A DNA stretch of 64,000 nucleotides from an uncultured Chloroflexia bacterium (GCA_963840145.1 CAWIXR010000002.1:325666-389665), one strand, 5' to 3'; counted from the stretch's first letter, positions 43,225-54,897 are shown. Made by a program: numbers and translations. Notes: a model not told the origin generated them from the sequence alone.

Positions 43225-44016
43225 ATGCGGATCCTGGTCGCCAACGACGACGGCATCCACAGCCCGGGCATCGCGGCGCTCGCCCGCGTCGCGGCCCGCT
43301 TCGGTGAGGTGCGCGTCGTCGCACCCGACGTCGAGCAGTCCGCCGCCAGCCACGCGGTCACCGCGTCGCGCCCTCTGAGCTACCGGCGCTCGACGTTCCC
43401 GGAGGGCTTCGAGGCGTGGCGCGTCAACGGCACCCCAGCCGACTGCGTCGCGCTCGGCGTGCACCACTGGTCGGACGTCGACCTCGTGGTGTCGGGGATC
43501 AACATCGGGACGAACCTCGGCAACGGCCTCTGGCACTCCGGGACGCTGGCCGCGGCCAAGCAGGCGACACTGTTCGGCCTGCGCGGGATCGCGATCAGCA
43601 CTCCATCGACCGCACGGGGCGGCGAGGAGCCCGACTTCGCCGCACTCGAGCCGCACGTCGAGCGCATCCTCGCCGCGCTGATCCCGTTGACCTCGGCGCG
43701 CCTGCTGAACGTGAACGTGCCGGTCAACCCGCACGGGATGGCGTGGACGCGCCAGGCGGTCCGCCATTACGACGGGCGCATCGTGCCGGACCAGGACCCG
43801 ATGGGCCGCACCCACTTCTGGTTCACGGTCGTGCCGATCGAGCGGACCGAGCCCGGGACCGACCTGTGGGCCATGGAGCGCGGGCACGTGTCGGTCACGC
43901 CGCTCGGGCTCGACCTGACCGATGCCGCCGCCCTCGAGCGCCTCAGCGCGGAGCTGCCGCTCGACGACCCGACCGAGCTCGAGCCGGCGGAGGCCGTCGA
44001 GGAGGACGAGTCCTAG
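43225..44016 (+). CDS. surE: 5'/3'-nucleotidase SurE
   Basis: MRILVANDDG, GTPADCV, SGIN.G.NLG, SGT.AAA. Confidence 0.93.
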   Translation: MRILVANDDGIHSPGIAALARVAARFGEVRVVAPDVEQSAASHAVTASRPLSYRRSTFPEGFEAWRVNGTPADCVALGVHHWSDVDLVVSGINIGTNLGNGLWHSGTLAAAKQATLFGLRGIAISTPSTARGGEEPDFAALEPHVERILAALIPLTSARLLNVNVPVNPHGMAWTRQAVRHYDGRIVPDQDPMGRTHFWFTVVPIERTEPGTDLWAMERGHVSVTPLGLDLTDAAALERLSAELPLDDPTELEPAEAVEEDES

Positions 44017-44022
44017 TCGCGC

Positions 44023-44439
44023 CTAGCGGTGGCGGCGGCGGCGACCGGCGGGCGTTGGCTTCGCGCGATCCTTGTCGCTGCGGCGCGGCGGCGGCACGAA
44101 GCGGCGGCGGCGGATCTCGTCGTTGGCGGCGGCGATCCGCGGCGGGAAGCGGAAGAAGGCGGCGTAGAAGGCGAAGGCCGTCGCCGGCAGGATGATCGCC
44201 AGCTGGAGGAGCAGCGGCACACCGATCACGCAGAGGAGCGGGATGATGCCCCAGCCGACGACGATCGGCCAGAAGATCCACTCGTGGAGCGCCAAAATCT
44301 CGGGATAGCGGCGGTATCGGCGCTGCGCCATCGTGTAGACGACGACGGAGCCGAAGGCGATCACCAGCCCGGCGACCCACATCCAGGTGAAGAGGTCGGG
44401 GAAGGCGGCGGGAGTGAACGGATCGGTGAGGATGCCCAT
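44023..44439 (-). CDS. Hypothetical membrane protein
   Basis: 3 TM and a basic C-terminus; TAGACT -10 upstream. Confidence 0.6.
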   Translation of the reverse strand: MGILTDPFTPAAFPDLFTWMWVAGLVIAFGSVVVYTMAQRRYRRYPEILALHEWIFWPIVVGWGIIPLLCVIGVPLLLQLAIILPATAFAFYAAFFRFPPRIAAANDEIRRRRFVPPPRRSDKDRAKPTPAGRRRRHR

Positions 44440-44508
44440 CGGGGCGGGAGTCTAGCATGCCTATAATCGGAACCCCGACGCCCAGTCCACGCACTCCGAG
44501 GATGTCGA

Positions 44509-46056
44509 TTGCGCGCCCTTCTCTCTGTCAGTGACCGTGAAGGCATCGTCGAGCTCGCGCGCGGACTGACCGATGCCGGCGCCGACATCTTCGCCACGGA
44601 CGGCACCCGCGCCCATCTGACCGATGCGGGCATCGCCGGCATCCGGCCCGTCAGCGAGCTCACCGAGACGAACGAGATCCTCGGCGGGCGGGTGAAGACG
44701 CTCCACCCGAAGATCTTCGCCGGTCTCCTCGCGCGTCGCGACCAGCCAGATCACCTCGCCCAGCTGGCCGAGCAGGGCATCGAGCAGATCGACCTGGTCG
44801 TCGTGAACCTGTACCCCTTCGCGCAGACGGTCCGCGAGCCGGCCACGAGCCTCGACCAGGCGCTCGAGCAGATCGACATCGGCGGCGTCGCGCTGCTGCG
44901 CGCCGCGGCGAAGAACTTCCCCGGCGTCGCCGCGGTCAGCAGCCCGACGCAGTACGCATCGGTCCTGCGCGACGTCAAGACCCTGGGCAGCGTCAGCCCG
45001 GAGACTCGCCAGAAGCTCGCGGGCGAGGCCTTCGCGCTGACCGCGACCTATGACGCGCAGATCGCGAGCTACCTGAACGCCGCCTCGGGCACCGTCTTCC
45101 CCACCCGCCTCACGATGGTCGTCGAGAAGAAGGCGGACCTGCGCTACGGCGAGAACCCGCACCAGCTCGGCGCCTTCTACACCGATCCGGCCCATTCCGG
45201 CGGCAGCATCAGCGCCGCGCACCAGATCGCGGGCAAGGATCTCTCCTTCAACAACCTGCTCGACCTGGATGCGGCCTGGACGATCGCCAGCGACTTCAAG
45301 ACGCCGGCGGTCGCGATCGTGAAGCACGGCAATCCCTGCGGCCTGGCCTCGGTCGTGGACCTGGCCGAGGCGTTCCGGCTGGCCCTCGAGGGCGACAGCG
45401 TTTCCGCGTACGGCGGGGTCATCGGCGTGAACCGCACGATCGACGAGCCGACCGCCCGAGCCATCCGGCCGGGCTTCTTCGAGGCGATCGTTGCGCCGGG
45501 CTACACGCCGGAGGCCCTCGAGATTCTGCGGACGAAGCGCGGCTTCGAGATCGTCGAGGTGCCGCCGGCGGACACCGAGCTGGACGAGCTCGGCATCGGC
45601 CGCTTCGACTTCAAGCGCATCGGTGGCGGCCTGCTGGTGCAGACCTTCGACGAGATGGAGGAGGACCGCGACAAGCTCCAGCCGGTCACCCAGCGCCGCC
45701 CGACCCTCGAGGAGCTGACCGACCTGCTGTTCGCCTGGCGCGCGGTGCGCCACGTGAAGTCGAACGCGGTCGTGCTGGCCAAGAAGCACGCGATGGTCGG
45801 CATGGGCGCCGGGCAGCCGTCACGGGTGGTCAGCGTCGAGGTGGCGCTGCGCAAGGCCGGCGAGCGCGCGCCGCTCTCCGTCATGGCCTCGGACGCCTAC
45901 TTCCCGTTCCCGGACGGCATCCAGATCGCGGCCCAGGCCGGGGTGACCGCCATCATCCAGCCCGGCGGCAGCATCCGCGACGAGATGGCCATCGAGGTGG
46001 CGGATCGGCATCACATGGCCATGGTCTTCACCGGCCGCCGGCACTTCAAGCACTAG
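44509..46056 (+). CDS. purH: Bifunctional AICAR transformylase/IMP cyclohydrolase
   Basis: [43 protein letters not shown]. Confidence 0.97.
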   Translation: MRALLSVSDREGIVELARGLTDAGADIFATDGTRAHLTDAGIAGIRPVSELTETNEILGGRVKTLHPKIFAGLLARRDQPDHLAQLAEQGIEQIDLVVVNLYPFAQTVREPATSLDQALEQIDIGGVALLRAAAKNFPGVAAVSSPTQYASVLRDVKTLGSVSPETRQKLAGEAFALTATYDAQIASYLNAASGTVFPTRLTMVVEKKADLRYGENPHQLGAFYTDPAHSGGSISAAHQIAGKDLSFNNLLDLDAAWTIASDFKTPAVAIVKHGNPCGLASVVDLAEAFRLALEGDSVSAYGGVIGVNRTIDEPTARAIRPGFFEAIVAPGYTPEALEILRTKRGFEIVEVPPADTELDELGIGRFDFKRIGGGLLVQTFDEMEEDRDKLQPVTQRRPTLEELTDLLFAWRAVRHVKSNAVVLAKKHAMVGMGAGQPSRVVSVEVALRKAGERAPLSVMASDAYFPFPDGIQIAAQAGVTAIIQPGGSIRDEMAIEVADRHHMAMVFTGRRHFKH

Positions 46057-46060
46057 ACCG

Positions 46061-47056
46061 ATGCCCCCCTCGACCCGCATCGACAAGCTGATCATCGCCG
46101 AGGCACTGCGCGCCACCGAGGCCGGCGCCATCGCCGCCTCCCGCCTGATGGGCCGTGGCGACCGCGACGGCGCCGATGCCGCCGCGGTCAAGGCGATGCG
46201 CAAGGCGATGGACGACGCCGAGCTGTCGGGCACGATCGTCATCGGCGAGGGAGAGCGCGACGAGGCGCCGATGCTCTACATCGGTGAGCAGGTCGGCAAT
46301 CCCGAGGCGGCGATGTCGGTCGACATCGCGGTGGACCCACTGGAGGGCACGAACCTCGTTGCGACAGGGTCCGCCAACGCGACCGCGGTGCTGGCCGCCG
46401 CCGAGCCCGGGGGCCTCATGCATGCGCCGGACACCTACCTCGAGAAGCTGATCGTCGGACCGATGGTCACCGGGCACGTGTCGATCACCGATCCGGTCGA
46501 GACGACGCTGAACACGATCGCCGAGCACCTCGGCCGCAAGGTCTGGGACATCACCGTCGTCATCCTCGACCGGCCGCGCCACGAGAAGCTGATCGCCGAC
46601 GTCCGCGCGGCCGGCGCCCGAATCAAGCTCATCGGCGACGGCGACCTCACCGCCGCCATCTCGGTCGCCGTTTCCGGCACCGGCGTGCACGCGGTCATGG
46701 GCATCGGTGGAGCGCCGGAGGGCGTCCTCTCCGCGGCCGCGCTCAAGTGCCTGGGCGGCGAGATCCAGGCTCGCTTCCGCTGGCGATCGGACGAGGAGCG
46801 CGAACGGGCCCGGGAGATGGGGGTGGACGTCGACGACACCGACCGCGTCTACACCACCGACGACCTCGCCTCGGGTCAGAACCTCGTCTTCTGCGCCACC
46901 GGCGTGACCGATGGCGAGCTGCTGCGCGGCGTCCGCTTCTTCGGCGGCGGCGCGCGCACCCACTCGCTGATGATGAGCTACCAGGGTGGGCTGGTCCGCT
47001 TCATCGACACGGTGCACATGTGGGACCCCGGCAACCCCCCCAAGGTCCGCCTCTAG
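46061..47056 (+). CDS. glpX: Class II fructose-1,6-bisphosphatase
   Basis: [37 protein letters not shown]. Confidence 0.95.
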   Translation: MPPSTRIDKLIIAEALRATEAGAIAASRLMGRGDRDGADAAAVKAMRKAMDDAELSGTIVIGEGERDEAPMLYIGEQVGNPEAAMSVDIAVDPLEGTNLVATGSANATAVLAAAEPGGLMHAPDTYLEKLIVGPMVTGHVSITDPVETTLNTIAEHLGRKVWDITVVILDRPRHEKLIADVRAAGARIKLIGDGDLTAAISVAVSGTGVHAVMGIGGAPEGVLSAAALKCLGGEIQARFRWRSDEERERAREMGVDVDDTDRVYTTDDLASGQNLVFCATGVTDGELLRGVRFFGGGARTHSLMMSYQGGLVRFIDTVHMWDPGNPPKVRL

Positions 47057-47184
47057 CTACCGGTCGGCGACATCGTCGTCGTGGATGTCGACCCCCGAGA
47101 GCAGGGAGCGGGCGACCCACCGCAGCCAGCCATCGCCACGACGATCGCCACGAATGCCAGCCTTCGCGACAACCTGTCTGTCAT
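47053..47184 (-). pseudogene. Truncated lipoprotein gene remnant
   Basis: MTDRLSRRLAFVAIVVAMAGC lipoprotein signal, only about 22 residues after the Cys. Confidence 0.35.
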
Positions 47185-47192
47185 CTCGCTCC

Positions 47193-47582
47193 CTAGGCCG
47201 GAAGTCTCTCGACATCGTAGAGCTCGAGCATCCGATCGGCCGATGCGACCGTCAGCCCTTCGGCCTGCGCCTGCGCGACGAGCATCCGATCGAATGGATC
47301 TCGATGGTGAGCCGGCAGGGTCGCCGCACGGATCACATGGTCGAACGTGATCGACAGCTCGGTCACGTCGCGCCGATGCTTCGGATCCGACAGCCACGCC
47401 TCCGCGGACGTCGGCAGCTTCAGCCGGCCAGCCTCAAACTTCGTCGCAATCTCCCATGCGCTGACCGCCGAGACGTGGAGCTCATTTGCCGGATCCTCGA
47501 TGATCGTGCGGGCGGCGTTGCGGAGACGCTCGGGCTCACCCCACATCCACAGCCAGACGTGCGTGTCGAGCAGGATTCTCAT
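47193..47582 (-). CDS. vapC: VapC-family PIN toxin
   Basis: ILLDTHVWLW, SAVSAWEI, HHRDPFDRMLVAQA, SAD. Confidence 0.9.
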   Translation of the reverse strand: MRILLDTHVWLWMWGEPERLRNAARTIIEDPANELHVSAVSAWEIATKFEAGRLKLPTSAEAWLSDPKHRRDVTELSITFDHVIRAATLPAHHRDPFDRMLVAQAQAEGLTVASADRMLELYDVERLPA

Positions 47583-48072
47583 CGTTCCCACTCGTCGAGT
47601 AATCAGGATCCGGCCTGGTTGTGGACGGACCGTGGATGAGTCCGTCAATGAGATGTGAATTCGTGGACAAAGGGGATGGTCCGCGGAGCGCAATAGCCGT
47701 ACGGTGACCTCGGCGCCAACGGAGGTGCCGCCCGGACCGTCACCGGACTTGACACTGGAGAGGGCACTCGACTCGACACTCGACCGACTACTCGACCTGG
47801 CAGCGGTAACGTTCCAGGCGCGGGGGTAAGCGCGGGATCGAGCACGGGACCTTCCACCGGATCAGACACCGGACCGGGGCGCGGGAGTTCCTCCGTCGGC
47901 GCTGTTTCGTTGTCCGCTCACCGGCGGGCAACGGAGCGAATAGGGGCGACCGGCGCGACCCTCGGGACAGAGGCGCATCGGCCGCCCCGTTCGATTGTTC
48001 GGCGCACGCAGAGACCCCGGCGGATGACCGCCGGGGTCCGAGCGTCTCAGGGTTGACCTGGTCGCGCCGCGA

Positions 48073-48783
48073 TCAGGCGTTCCCGCACAGGACATAGGCG
48101 GTCACGGTGACCGCATCGGACCTGTCAGAGTTGCCGCTGTCGCTGTCGGAGACCACCTCGGCCTTGAATGTCCAGACCGTCCCCGAGGACGGGTAGGAGG
48201 AGACGGCAACGATGACTGCACCCGAGCTGGTCTCGATGACGCTCCCGCCACCGCCGTAGGCCACCAGGCCTGCGCCGCACGTTGCCGTGACGGTATAGGC
48301 CTCGCCCTTGTCCGCATCGGCGTCGCTGGCGGGCGACGCGCCCACCACTCTCACGAGGCCGACGATTCCCGAGCCGGCGGGACCAGCCGGACCCTGCGGA
48401 CCAGCCGGGCCTGTGGGGCCTGCCGGGCCCTCCGGACCAGCAGGGCCTTCCGGACCCGCCGGGCCCTCGGGACCGGGGGGACCACCGGGGGTACCCGCAG
48501 GACCTTCAGGACCTGCCGGGCCCTCGGGACCGGGCACGGGCGGGAAGGCGTTGTTGTATCGATTGAGGAAGGCAGCCATCTGGCCTCGGGTCACGCTGTC
48601 CTGCGGACCGAAGTTGCCGTTGGCGTAGCCGCTCGTGATGCCGTTCTCCACGAGCCAGTCGACGTCGTCGTGGAACGTATGGCCTGTGGGGACATCGGGG
48701 AACTGGTGGGATGCGAACACCAGACCGGTGCCTAGAACCATCGCAGTCAGGGCACCGATGGGCGCGAGGGCGCGCTTGTGCAT
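48073..48783 (-). CDS. Secreted S-layer-homology plus collagen-like protein
   Basis: Signal peptide, SLH (FPDVP..H.F...GITSGY..FGP...[10 protein letters not shown]), (GPE/GPA)n repeats, Cys-bounded C-terminal beta domain. Confidence 0.85.
   Translation of the reverse strand: MHKRALAPIGALTAMVLGTGLVFASHQFPDVPTGHTFHDDVDWLVENGITSGYANGNFGPQDSVTRGQMAAFLNRYNNAFPPVPGPEGPAGPEGPAGTPGGPPGPEGPAGPEGPAGPEGPAGPTGPAGPQGPAGPAGSGIVGLVRVVGASPASDADADKGEAYTVTATCGAGLVAYGGGGSVIETSSGAVIVAVSSYPSSGTVWTFKAEVVSDSDSGNSDRSDAVTVTAYVLCGNA
48372..48535 (-). repeat. Collagen-like Gly-Pro-X coding repeats
   Basis: GPEGPA tandem units. Confidence 0.85.
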
Positions 48784-49066
48784 GCGAATGAACTCCTGTC
48801 AGACGGAAGCCCGACCCTGAGGTGGGCGGCCTGCCGTCGCTTCTATCCCCCTGGGTCAGCCCACGCGTTCCCCGCGCGCTAGCCCTCTCCTCCGTATTCG
48901 CGACACTGCTCATGGCCGTTGGGACGTTTGGGCCCTGAGCGGGATGCACCGTATGTCCCGGCCCCAACCCGGAGCGATAGCCCACTAGTCCCAGTGGGTC
49001 TCCGTATCGGTACGTACGTACACGAGCGCCCCGCGCGTTCGTCAACCGCACTCTCTGAGGCGCCAG

Positions 49067-49600
49067 CTAGCTCCGGGACTGCGGATCCGCCCAGTCCGGA
49101 CCGCCGACTCGCATGACCTCCTGGTTGGCGACCGTGGCCAGCAGGTCGGCGACCGAGACGTCGACCCGGAGATCCGAGCAGTTGCGCCACGGCAGCAGGC
49201 CAGGATCCAGCTCGGCCACCGGCTCGAGGGCGAAGCGGCGCTCGTGGAATCGCGGGTGGGGCACGATGATGTCGTGCTCCGTGTCGGTCACGCAGAGGCC
49301 GTCGAAGGCGAGGATGTCGAGGTCGATCAGCCGCGGGCTCCATCGCTCCGCGGTCATGTCGCGCCCGAGCGCCTGCTCCGTGCGCTTCAGCGCGGCCAGC
49401 AGGTCGGTCGGCGACAGATCGGTCTCCAGCTCGAGGGCGGCATTCAGGAAATGCGGCTGGTTGAAGGAGTTGCGCGGGGCGCTGTCGTACAGCGATGAGA
49501 CGCGGACCACCTGGCCGATGGCGCGAAGTTCAGACACCGCCGCGCGGAAGGCGACGGCGGGTTCGCCGAGATTGCCCCCCAGGCCGATGAAGGCGCGCAC
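49067..49600 (-). CDS. folK: 2-amino-4-hydroxy-6-hydroxymethyldihydropteridine diphosphokinase
   Basis: AFIGLGGNLG, FLNAA, R.IDLDIL, VPHPR..ERRF.L.P. Confidence 0.93.
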   Translation of the reverse strand: MRAFIGLGGNLGEPAVAFRAAVSELRAIGQVVRVSSLYDSAPRNSFNQPHFLNAALELETDLSPTDLLAALKRTEQALGRDMTAERWSPRLIDLDILAFDGLCVTDTEHDIIVPHPRFHERRFALEPVAELDPGLLPWRNCSDLRVDVSVADLLATVANQEVMRVGGPDWADPQSRS

Positions 49601-49744
49601 GCTGGCCAGACTCTAGCCGATCACGAACCCCGACCTTCCAATCGGCTGGTAATCGGCTGATAATCGGTCGCCGCTAGAGTGGCCTGCGAGCACCGCCGCT
49701 GGCAGGCGGCGGCATCGGTGTCTCATGCGCCGGGAGACCGTCGA

Positions 49745-52700
49745 TTGTCGGAGATCCAGCACGCCTACCCGCTGATCCTCAACAAGGTCGCGTCGCCCCA
49801 CTACGCGACGCCGCTGCTGCGTCGGGCGCGCCTGGTCGAGTGGATGAACGAGGCAGCCAACTGCCGAGCAGTCGTGGTCGCCGCCGATGCCGGCTACGGC
49901 AAGACGACGCTGCTCTGGCAATGGGAGCGCGAGGTCCCGTTCCCCTGCTACTGGTACAAGCTCGACCGCAACGACCGGGACTGGACGTTCCACGTCAGCT
50001 ATCTGATCGAGGCGATCGCCAAGCGCCACGAGGGGTTCGGGCGTCGCGCGCACTCGATGCTCCAGCAGATGGGTGGACCGGGCTCGTCACGGCCGGGCGT
50101 CGCGGCCTACCTGCTGGCGGAGATGCACCAGCGCCTGACCGAGCCGTGCACGTTCATCATCGACGACTGGCAGTACGTCAATGCGGTCACCGAGGTGCGC
50201 GGCCTCTGGAACCAAATCCTGCGAGATGCACCGCCGACCTGTCGATTCGTCTTCGCATCACGCGTCAAGCCGCGCCTCCAGTTCGCGCGGTTCAAGACGC
50301 ACGGCGGCTACGCCGAGCTCAGGACCGATGCGCTCCGCTTCACGGAGCCGGAGATCGGCGAGCTATTCCGGGACGTGTACAACGACCCGCTCGACCCATC
50401 AGAGCTCACCGAGCTCGAGCAGCGCACCGAGGGCTGGGCGGCATCCCTCCAGCTCGTCGAGGTGTCGCTGCGCGAGCGCACCTCGCTTGACGAGCGGCGC
50501 GACTTCATCCGCTCCATCACCGCCACGACCGATAGCGCTCTCTTCGAGTTCCTTGCCGAGGAGGTGCTCGACCAGCAGCCGGAGGAGACGCGAAACTTCC
50601 TGCTGACGACCTCGATCCTTCAGCAGATCACGCCAGAGGTCGCGGAGCGCCTCGCCGGCGTCCACGACGGCCGCCGCGAGCTGACCGATCTCGAGCATCG
50701 CGGCCTGTTCACGAACCGGCTCGATGAGAATCGCTACCGATATCACAACCTGTTCCGCGAGTTCCTCGAGCGCCGCCTGATCAACGACCGCTCCGAGGCC
50801 GAGGTCATCGGTCTCCACATCCACGCGGCCTCCTACTTCGAGACCACCGAACAGTGGCCAGAGGCGATCCACCACTATCTCCGCGCCGGCCTCCAGCGCC
50901 AGGCCGCCCGACTCATCGCGAAGTACGGCGAGGATGTGGTGGCGCATGGCGGCCTCGGCCGGGTCGACGAATGGCTCCGGCAGCTTCCGGCTGGCCTGAT
51001 CAAGCAGAACGCGAGGCTCAGCCTGTTTTGGCGAAGCGTGTGGATTCCATGGCCAGTGGGATGGCGCCGTTGAGGCCCTTTCACGCGCCCGTGACTACTT
51101 CGCGCGTAAGGGCGATCGTCGAATGCAAGCACTCGCCTGCCTGAAGTTGAGCACGATCTACATCCACTTGGGCAACGTCGAGTTGGGCTGTGAAGTTGCG
51201 GACGAGGGCATCGAACTCGTCCCGGCAGACGCCATCGGGACTCGGCTGAGACTCGAAGGAAATGTTGCGGTCACACGGACCTGCTGACGCAGTCAGCCGA
51301 TGCTGTCGTCGCCGAATGCGAACGGATCGCCGTCGAGGCCGAGGCGCGAGATCTTGACCACATCGCAGCGATCGCCTATCACAACGCTGGCGAGACCTTG
51401 GTGAGGATGGGCAGGGTTGACGAGGCAATCGACAGCCTGAGCGAGCGGCAGCATTCTGGGGCGACGCACCCACGAGTCCATTCGCCGATCACTCAGGATC
51501 TGGTGAAAGCTCTGCTGATGGCCGGACAAATCGCGAAGGCGAGAGCCGTCGCAACAGAGGGCCTCCAGCGGACCAAGCCGTGGACAAGGTCGAGCGCGGA
51601 AGCAGCCGACGGCATGGCAGCCGTCTTGATCTCTGATGGGAAGTTCGTCGGAGGCAGCTTGCCCTTCTCGATGGGGCGCTGCGCGATCGCGGTGCCCTCG
51701 GGGGCGTTGGAGTCACACCTCATGGCGCAACGCGCGTCGATGCCCTGTTCCTGTCCGGGAGCCTCGCCAGACCAGATGAAGAGGCCAGCTGAAGGACTGG
51801 AGCAGGTTGGACTCCCGATACGTGACTGATGCGAGCGTCGCGGACGCACTCTCGGCTCACACCGCTGGCGACTGTCGTGGGAAGTGTCGAGATGCAATGA
51901 CCAGGATCTCAAGCAGACGGCAAGCGCGGCATGCGCCTGACCATGCTCGCCGGGATGGTGAAGATTGGTGTGCTTGCATTCGAACATGGACACACGCGAG
52001 ACATCGATCGCGCCTTGGCGAACGGTGCGGGAGACCCTGGACGCTGGCATCGGGACCGGGCTCCGATGGTGGTTGCGCCGATACGCTGCGCATGCGTCGA
52101 CGGCACTGCGGGTCGACGGCGGTGTTGAAGTGATTTGCCGCCTGGCGGAGCTGGATCCTGACGGCTGGCGTCCTGCATTGATCGATGTCCTCGAGGTTGC
52201 TGAGGGCCGCGACCGCGCGCAACTCTTGGAATCCTCTCGCACACCTGGCGAACAAGTCCACCGTCGATGCACTAAGGCGATCGACGGGCACGATGTCGCG
52301 GAGCTTCGCCGCGGACTTCGGACGACTCAGGCAGCACGGCTGTTCCTCCGAACGTTTCGGCAGGATGAGCCTCAACCGGGCTGACTGGAATGGTCCTGAC
52401 GATCAGCGTCGACAAGAAGCGTGTTCGATTGCTCTTGGCTCTTGCTAGCTGCGCGAGCCCATGCCGACCTCAGCCGGGACCTGTGCGTGGAGATCCTGTG
52501 GCCAGACGCGGATGCTGACGCAGCGGTGAACAACCTCAATCAGACGGTGTTCCAGCTCCGCCGATTCATCGACTCGGACTATCACGGCGGCGACAGCCCC
52601 GAGTATGTGACGAGTACATCCGAACAGGTCTCTTTGAATCCCGAGTTGATCCACACGGACCTCAGCCGAACTCCGACGATTGCCGCACACGCTCGATGGC

Positions 52701-53138
52701 GCTGACTGGAGCCAGCGGCAGCACATAGCGCGACGCTCGATCTCGCTGATCCGCGGTGAGTTTCTCGCTGATCTCGCATACGAGGAGTGGTCGTCGACGC
52801 AACAAGTCCGAGTCCACAGCGAGGTGCGTGATCTCTTGCTACCGATCGCACTGGCTTCGCGTGCTGACTTCGACGTCGACGTTAGTGTCCAGGCTGCCGC
52901 AGCACTGCTGATGCTTGATCCGTGGGATGAGAAAGCCGTCGTCGCCATGGCGGACGGACTCGCTCGCTCGGGACGGCGAGTGGCGGCCCGCACCCTTATC
53001 ACCGACTTCGCGAGCCGGTATGAGCGCGAACTCGACGAACGTCCATCGGAGGAGTTTATGCACTCCGTGACCGTCCTCGGCAACGTCCCAGTCAAGCCCA
53101 CATTGACCACTGACCGAGACTCATCGCTTGCCGCTTGA
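49745..53138 (+). pseudogene. MalT-like STAND NTPase/TPR regulator with C-terminal wHTH-BTAD; multiple frameshifts
   Basis: ADAGYGKTT, IIDDW, TEGWAASL, YRYHNLFREFL; fragments in other frames give LWPD...NLNQTVFQLRR and RGEFLAD..YEEW...LDPWDE (BTAD). The frame breaks repeatedly from about 51030, possibly through sequencing error. Confidence 0.8.
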
Positions 53139-53163
53139 CTTTTCTGCGGGGATAGCCTAGAGT
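53135..53163 (+). promoter_or_regulatory. Sigma70-type promoter for the riboswitch/peptide operon
   Basis: TTGACT-N17-TAGAGT. Confidence 0.6.
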
Positions 53164-53190
53164 ACTAGGCGTTCGCAGTACTTTAGTACT

Positions 53191-53263
53191 CGGCAGGACG
53201 CGCAGATCCATCGGCTGAACCTGGGCACTTGGGCCGATGGGGAGCAAGTAGTGCAACCGACCG
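53191..53263 (+). promoter_or_regulatory. c-di-GMP-II riboswitch aptamer
   Basis: GGACGC...CCATCGGC stem, TGGGCACTTG loop, GGCCGATGG, GGAGCAAGTAGTGCAACCGACCG 3' signature; GCAC/GTGC pseudoknot. Confidence 0.88.
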
Positions 53264-53373
53264 TTCCGTCACCGGAGTGTGTCGGTTGATACGTCCGTAA
53301 TCGGAAGAGGGCACCTTCTGATGTCTCGAGAAAACTTCAAGGGCTGGTAAGTCCCAGCCCAGTGAGGAACAGC

Positions 53374-53472
53374 ATGCGGGCATCGATTCGTCAATGGATC
53401 GCGCTGCTTGTCAGCCTCGGATCCATCGTCGCCTTGGCACTTGCCGGGGGAGCTGGCGTCCGGGGCTTGTAG
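53374..53472 (+). CDS. Small peptide (32 aa), putative signalling-peptide precursor; absent from the ORF track
   Basis: MRASIRQWIALLVSLGSIVALALAGGAGVRGL; GAGGA RBS; first ORF after the riboswitch. Confidence 0.7.
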   Translation: MRASIRQWIALLVSLGSIVALALAGGAGVRGL

Positions 53473-53514
53473 AGGCGCGATGCTAGACTCGCGACCTCAC
53501 AGTAATGTGATGTC

Positions 53515-54897
53515 GTGACCCCGGCAGTTCAGCGCCTCATCCTCGCAACCGTAGCCGTCGCAGTTCTTGCAATTGCGGCGGCTCTTTTGTGGTTCCCACT
53601 CCGACCGGAGATCGGGGGACCCATCGGAGTCGCTTACTGGACGGTCCTGGCTCTGGCGGCGAGCGCGCTGCCGGTGCAGCTCCCGCGCGGATCGATCGTG
53701 TCAGTGGGCGCGGCACCGATCCATTGCCGCGACGCATCTTGGGCGGGCCAATCGCCGGCGCCGCCGTCGGCGTGATCGGGACCCCGACCTTCGCGAGCTC
53801 AGGGGTCAGATTCCGTGGTACGGAACGCTGTTCAACCACGCGGAGCTGGCGATCTCTGGCGTCGCGGCTGGCATCACGTTTGTCCTCACAGCCGAGCTCC
53901 TGGGCGGGGAGGGCTTCTCGTTCTTCAGCGCGCATTCATTCGTGGCGGCCCTGCTCGCCGGAGTCGTCTTCCTGTCCGTGAACTTCTCGCTGACGCTGCT
54001 CGCGGTGTAGTGCTCGCACTGGCGCGTCCATCTCAACGATCTGGGCGGAGGACGTCGGCGCGGTTGCGATCAGCTTCGTCGGCTTGATCCCCATCGGTTG
54101 GTTGATGGCGCAGACCTTCCTGCTCCCGAACAGCATCGGATGGTGGGCAGTGGCCCTGTTCGCCGTCCCGCTCTTCACGACACGCGTGTGCCTACGCTCG
54201 GTACGTCGAGACGCGGGAGCTGTTCGAGCAGACGATCGAGGCGCTCTCGAAGGCCGTCGACGCGCGCGACCCGTACACGCGCAACCACTCGAGCCGGGTC
54301 AGCCACATCGCTGAGGCGATGTGCCGCGTGATGCGGCTGCCGGAGAACGAGATCGAGCGCATCAAGTGGGCCGGGCTGCTGCACGACATCGGAAAGATCG
54401 GCATCCGCGACAACGTGCTGCTGAAGGAGGGGCCGCTGGACAAGAGCGAGCGAATCCTCATGAACCAGCACCCGACCATCGGCGCGGAGATCGTGGCGCC
54501 GGCGCGCCAGCTGGCCACCGAGGCGCCGCTGATCCGGGCCCATCACGAGTGGATCAACGGCTCCGGCTATCCGGACGGCCGTGAGGCACTCGACATCCCG
54601 CGCGGCGCGCGCGTTCTCACGATCGCCGACGCATACGAGGCGATGACCTCCTCGCGCCCCTACCGCAAGACCCCGCTAACCCACGAGCAGGCCGTCGACC
54701 AGCTCGAGCGCTTCAGCGGCATCCAGTTCGACCCGGAGATCGTGCCGATCCTGGTCGGCCTGGATCGGTCCATCCTCGACCGCCCGCCCGACCGCGACGA
54801 CGAGCTGCCCACCATGCTCCACCAGCCCCTCCCACGAGACGTGCCCCCGTCGCCGGAGCAGCCGCGCACTGCCCTGGCCTCGGACGATGTTTCTTAG
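53515..54897 (+). pseudogene. Membrane-sensor HD-GYP c-di-GMP phosphodiesterase (N-terminal multi-TM, MASE-like); about 5 frameshifts
   Basis: TM segments spread over three frames (LPVQLP.G..VSV, LGGP, LFNHAELAIS); intact C-terminal DARDPYT..HS.RV, LLHDIGK, HHEW.NGSGYPDG, IADAYEAMTS.RPYR, QFDP. Confidence 0.85.

Noticed and set aside
44440-44508. ZTP (pfl) riboswitch ahead of purH
   Set aside because: Only about 40 nt between TATAAT and the start codon; no conserved aptamer signature.
47645-47869. 74-aa ORF and ACTCGAC micro-repeats (about 47765-47797)
   Set aside because: No recognisable domain, irregular spacing and weak codon bias; not supportable as a gene or an array.
48372-48535. Possible CRISPR or satellite array
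   Set aside because: The repeats are in-frame collagen Gly-Pro-X codons with wobble variation; there are no spacers and no cas genes.
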